Shown here: positions 17,076 to 20,000 of the stretch, piece after piece | Position numbering within the stretch: position 1 is the stretch's first letter | Layout: each line of letters begins with the position of its first letter | Position numbers and translations under genes: made by a program | Notes under the pieces: model-generated | The model's database searches: none | Told to the model about the DNA's origin: nothing | What the model saw: the letters and a program-made list of their open reading frames with translations, nothing else | Origin: an uncultured virus (IMG/VR IMGVR_UViG_3300008255_004085) | Lineage: Duplodnaviria > Heunggongvirae > Uroviricota > Caudoviricetes | Length of the DNA: 20,000 bases | Strand: one strand, 5' to 3' | IMG/VR virus record: IMGVR_UViG_3300008255_004085

Positions 17076-17789
17076 TTAATCACCTTTTTTTAATTTAACT
17101 TCCTTGTTGGAGTTTATTGCTTTTTGTTTTTTATTGAACATATCCATATATTTAGATAGTTCATCTTCTTTATTTTTTGATTGTTTAGGTTTAGGATTCA
17201 TTTTTATTCTTTCTTCTTCTGCGCTGAAAGGAATACTTAATCCATTTCTTGACAAATAGAAAATCTTATCAATGTCTTTTTTAGACATTGATAATAAATC
17301 CTCTCTAGTATATCCACCCATCTTTCTCATTAAATCAAGTTCTATAATCATTCTGTCATAAGGTGGTCTTAATTTTATTATTTCTTTTGGATCAAGAAAA
17401 GCAGTTAGTTCTTTATCTAAACTAATCATTTCTTTTTCAGTTAGAAATGCATTAAAATCATAAAATTCCATTATTTTTTCAGCTTCTTTTAAAGTTAAAA
17501 GATCATAATAATTATTATCTTCGTGATCTTTTACTGAAATAACAAATTCTTTTAAAATTAATCTTAATTCTTTAATTCTATTTATTGTCCATTTTCCTGT
17601 GACCTCTACTTTTTGAAAACATTCTCTAAATAAATTATCATGTTTCCACCAAGGTAAATCTCTTGTTTTTATTTTAATCCAAGGTTTATCTGGTTCTTCA
17701 AATATTAATTCATTATCTTTCATATAAAATTCTTTAATATATAAATCATCAATTATTTTTTTAGATGAATTGATCTGTTGTTCCATCAT
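17076..17789 (-). CDS. Putative tail assembly chaperone-like protein 2 (237 aa; start revised from the track's TTG at 17804)
   Basis: GAAGGAG (17802-17796) lies 6 nt before ATG 17789, giving a 29-nt overlap with the upstream gene. Highly charged, probably helical. WIKIKTRDLPWW...WTINRIKELRLILKEFV followed by MGGYTREDLLSMSKKDIDKIF resembles chaperone G plus T-like segments. Confidence 0.55.
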   Translation of the reverse strand: MMEQQINSSKKIIDDLYIKEFYMKDNELIFEEPDKPWIKIKTRDLPWWKHDNLFRECFQKVEVTGKWTINRIKELRLILKEFVISVKDHEDNNYYDLLTLKEAEKIMEFYDFNAFLTEKEMISLDKELTAFLDPKEIIKLRPPYDRMIIELDLMRKMGGYTREDLLSMSKKDIDKIFYLSRNGLSIPFSAEEERIKMNPKPKQSKNKEDELSKYMDMFNKKQKAINSNKEVKLKKGD

Positions 17790-18969
17790 ACAAAACTCCT
17801 TCAAATGAATAAACTATTGCTTCATCAACAACAAAATCTATACTTGGAAATTTTAAATAAGCAAAATCAAAAGAAATCTCATCATCAGATGGGATACAAG
17901 TGAACCCTATATCTTTAATGACATTCGAAAATCTTGATTGTCCTTGAATTAATCTTAAATGATTTTGGACATTATTAAATTCAGCACCAGAATTTTTTGT
18001 AATTATAAATTTTGCACTTATATTTCCAGAAATATTTTCCATAGACCAAAATTGTGGTGATGGAGTATACGTAGCAAAACCGCCAGGATAAAATGAACCA
18101 AATGTATTTGTTTTTTTCCAATCAATATTTAAATCGATTCTAGCTTCGACTAAATTCCCAGGCAATGATAAATCTTCTGGCGGTGTTTCAGAATCAGATG
18201 GGTGGAGTTTATCATCAGGAGCCCATTCACCAGATAATTTAAAATCTCTTGTGTTCATTGTCCTAAGACCTTTTTGTTCAAAAATTGGATTTGTTAAATT
18301 ACTTGCTTCTAATGATGGTAATTCTGCTATTGAGGATTTACCAAGGTCACTTGTCGGAGGATCTTGTTCTTTCTTTTCTTCATGGAATGGACCATTAAAA
18401 CTTGCTGACCATGAAGCGTCTTGGAATGATCCACCAATTATTGAGATGGAGAACGATGATGGGAGATAACCTTTCCCCAGATTTATGTAATCATTTCCCG
18501 ATGAATCAGACTCATCTTGAATAAAAAATCCAAAAGCATAGGCATTGTTACAAAAATTTTTAAATAAATCAAAAAATGGTTTAAACATATATTGGGTAGT
18601 TGATTCTTGAGTGCTAACTGTAGATGGCATCAAATAAGATCCTGAAATACTGATTTCCCTATCAGTCGGTTTGTTAAACAAAAATCTTTTTGAAATAAAA
18701 TCATTTTGTCTATATGTTTCAAAAAACTCCCAAGAATTATTAACAGAATAGCTTATATCATCACATGGTAAAGCAATTCTTGATTTTCTTGTTGGAGTGG
18801 TAATCAAATCCTGTTTACTAAAACATTTTAAGGAACTATTAGATCTTTTTCCAAGCTCACCACCTTCTTCAACGCTACCGAATGGATCATTAAACAATTT
18901 ATATCCTTCGGGTAAAGGCCCATAAAGATCCATAATTACAATCCCATTAGTTGATTTTAAAAGACTCAT
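17761..18969 (-). CDS. Putative tail-tube-like protein 2 (402 aa)
   Basis: Beta-strand pattern (LPCDDISYSVNN...REISISGSY...SSFSISIIGG...SWSASFNG...RTMNTRDFKL...EARIDLNIDW...NISGNISAKF) parallels tail-tube proteins and the upstream tube-like gene. GGAG at 18981-18978. Confidence 0.5.
   Translation of the reverse strand: MSLLKSTNGIVIMDLYGPLPEGYKLFNDPFGSVEEGGELGKRSNSSLKCFSKQDLITTPTRKSRIALPCDDISYSVNNSWEFFETYRQNDFISKRFLFNKPTDREISISGSYLMPSTVSTQESTTQYMFKPFFDLFKNFCNNAYAFGFFIQDESDSSGNDYINLGKGYLPSSFSISIIGGSFQDASWSASFNGPFHEEKKEQDPPTSDLGKSSIAELPSLEASNLTNPIFEQKGLRTMNTRDFKLSGEWAPDDKLHPSDSETPPEDLSLPGNLVEARIDLNIDWKKTNTFGSFYPGGFATYTPSPQFWSMENISGNISAKFIITKNSGAEFNNVQNHLRLIQGQSRFSNVIKDIGFTCIPSDDEISFDFAYLKFPSIDFVVDEAIVYSFEGVLYDGTTDQFI
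17796..17802 (-). promoter_or_regulatory. Shine-Dalgarno GAAGGAG embedded in the 402-aa gene, serving ATG 17789
   Basis: GAAGGAGTTTTGTATGATG on the minus strand. Confidence 0.75.
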
Positions 18970-19422
18970 TTAATAATCTCCATCACCAACTCTTGTTCTC
19001 CATTCCTCAATAATTCTTGATAGAAAATGTTCATGCATTTGTTTAGCACACTCTTCGTGAATTCTTAATGGTTCACCATTATCATTAACTAGATTCCATT
19101 CTTTACAAAGATGATGAATTATTTTAGGGCAAAAAATTCGAAGAAGAAGAACAGATTTTTCATTAATGTGATTTATAACAGAGGCTTCTTCTCTAATTAA
19201 ACTCATTTGTTCAAAGTTGCCAGGAATAAATATACCTGTAAAATTTTTGTAATCTTCTTTGTCCTCCCCCTCGTGAACTTCAAAATCAGTGATATTAAAA
19301 TCGTCATCACGATATTCAACCCTTGGAAATCCGATCCCAATTGTTTCATTTTCTTTATTTTTTATTTCTCTGAAATAAAAAGAAATTTTAAATGTTGCTT
19401 GATTATTAACTAAAACTGACAT
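18970..19422 (-). CDS. Putative tail assembly chaperone (150 aa)
   Basis: AAAGGAG at 19433-19427. Lies directly downstream of the tube-like gene. The C-terminal LCKEWNLVNDNGEPLRIHEECAKQM matches the W-(N)-l-x-d-x-x-G-e-p-l pattern common in tail assembly chaperones. Confidence 0.65.
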   Translation of the reverse strand: MSVLVNNQATFKISFYFREIKNKENETIGIGFPRVEYRDDDFNITDFEVHEGEDKEDYKNFTGIFIPGNFEQMSLIREEASVINHINEKSVLLLRIFCPKIIHHLCKEWNLVNDNGEPLRIHEECAKQMHEHFLSRIIEEWRTRVGDGDY

Positions 19423-19426
19423 ATTT

Positions 19427-19433
19427 CTCCTTT
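19427..19433 (-). promoter_or_regulatory. Shine-Dalgarno AAAGGAG for the CDS starting at 19422
   Basis: TAATTTGAAAGGAGAAATATG on the minus strand. Confidence 0.8.
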
Positions 19434-19437
19434 CAAA

Positions 19438-20000
19438 TTAGCTACTAAAATTTGTTTCATAATATGGAACAATTAGTAATCCATCTGAAGCAACGCTAAA
19501 TCTTGCCATTCTTTTAACTAAATCTAATCCTACTTGTTTTTCAGATAAATGCCAAATTGGTTGTTTTAATTCTATCCTAAATATTTCTGTGTTTATAATT
19601 AAATCATTTCTATTTTGGATACTTGAAGGTCCCATAATTCTTTCTAAAAATGTTTTTGGATTTATATTTCCAAACCATTCCAATGTGCCATTTATTTTTC
19701 TCGGGGCTGTTTGACCATAGCTATGTGGAAAAACATTTTCAGCAAATCTTGCCCTATGATCATCATATTCATGGCTTTTAAGAGTATATTGTGCTTCTAA
19801 ATTATTCTCTATTGATAAACTAAATGATGTTATATATGTTATATCACCTTTTGGTTTATTTGGACCAGATGCGAACACACTATTTTTTGCATCTGGAATC
19901 CCGAAATGACCTATTACATCATCTGTAGATGATACAATTGAACAATCTCTGCCATAAGCTACTCTACGGCTTGAACTTCCGAGAAAGAAAGGATCAGACA
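19438..20000 (-). CDS. Putative tail tube (major tail) protein, C-terminal part; frame open to the right edge
   Basis: The frame extends past the track's GTG (19878) without a stop to base 20000: SDPFFLGSSSRRVAYGRDCSIVSS...ITSFSLSIENNLEAQYTL...APRKINGTLEWF. The (I)xSFSLSIENNL and RxIxGTL motifs are typical of tail-tube proteins. Confidence 0.7.
   Translation of the reverse strand, partial: SDPFFLGSSSRRVAYGRDCSIVSSTDDVIGHFGIPDAKNSVFASGPNKPKGDITYITSFSLSIENNLEAQYTLKSHEYDDHRARFAENVFPHSYGQTAPRKINGTLEWFGNINPKTFLERIMGPSSIQNRNDLIINTEIFRIELKQPIWHLSEKQVGLDLVKRMARFSVASDGLLIVPYYETNFSS

Noticed and set aside
17079..17092. Slippery heptamer A AAA AAA at the end of the second chaperone-like gene (possible G/GT-type -1 frameshift)
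   Set aside because: The -1 frame reads AGG TGA and stops immediately, and the next gene is in frame 0, so a frameshift gives no extension.
11496..18972. TAAATG read as a poxvirus-like late promoter implying a eukaryotic virus
   Set aside because: Operon-like packing, SD sites, a GTG start and tail-like genes indicate a prokaryotic system, and TAA here is the stop codon of the upstream gene.
2981..19413. Remaining short nested or antisense ORFs of 61-106 aa
   Set aside because: All are fully inside long CDSs with no recognisable motifs, as expected by chance.

Overview
This AT-rich window (roughly 30% GC by eye) is almost entirely coding. It holds 12 tightly packed, co-oriented minus-strand CDSs, two of them running off the window edges, most with Shine-Dalgarno-like sites and read in the standard code. 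Gene order and motifs fit the tail, baseplate and fibre morphogenesis module of a large, divergent tailed virus of a prokaryote, or a tail-like particle locus. In transcription order (right to left) the genes are: tail-tube-like protein (partial), tail-assembly-chaperone-like protein, a second tube-like protein, a second chaperone-like protein, an Asn/Glu-rich 563-aa protein in the tape-measure position, a 1294-aa protein, a 497-aa Asp-box protein, a 1167-aa protein with a baseplate-hub-like C-terminus, a 103-aa protein, a 1336-aa fibre-like/NHL beta-propeller protein, a 337-aa protein and a partial fibre-like protein with ~80-aa repeats that the ORF track missed. The most unusual points are an apparently duplicated tube+chaperone cassette, four exact in-frame TAA-ATG junctions (three of them chain four genes in one 7.8-kb frame), and tandem arrays of N-X-S/T sequons in the 563-aa protein. 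All product calls rest on motif recognition by eye and synteny, not on database searches. I saw no RNA genes, CRISPR arrays or mobile elements.
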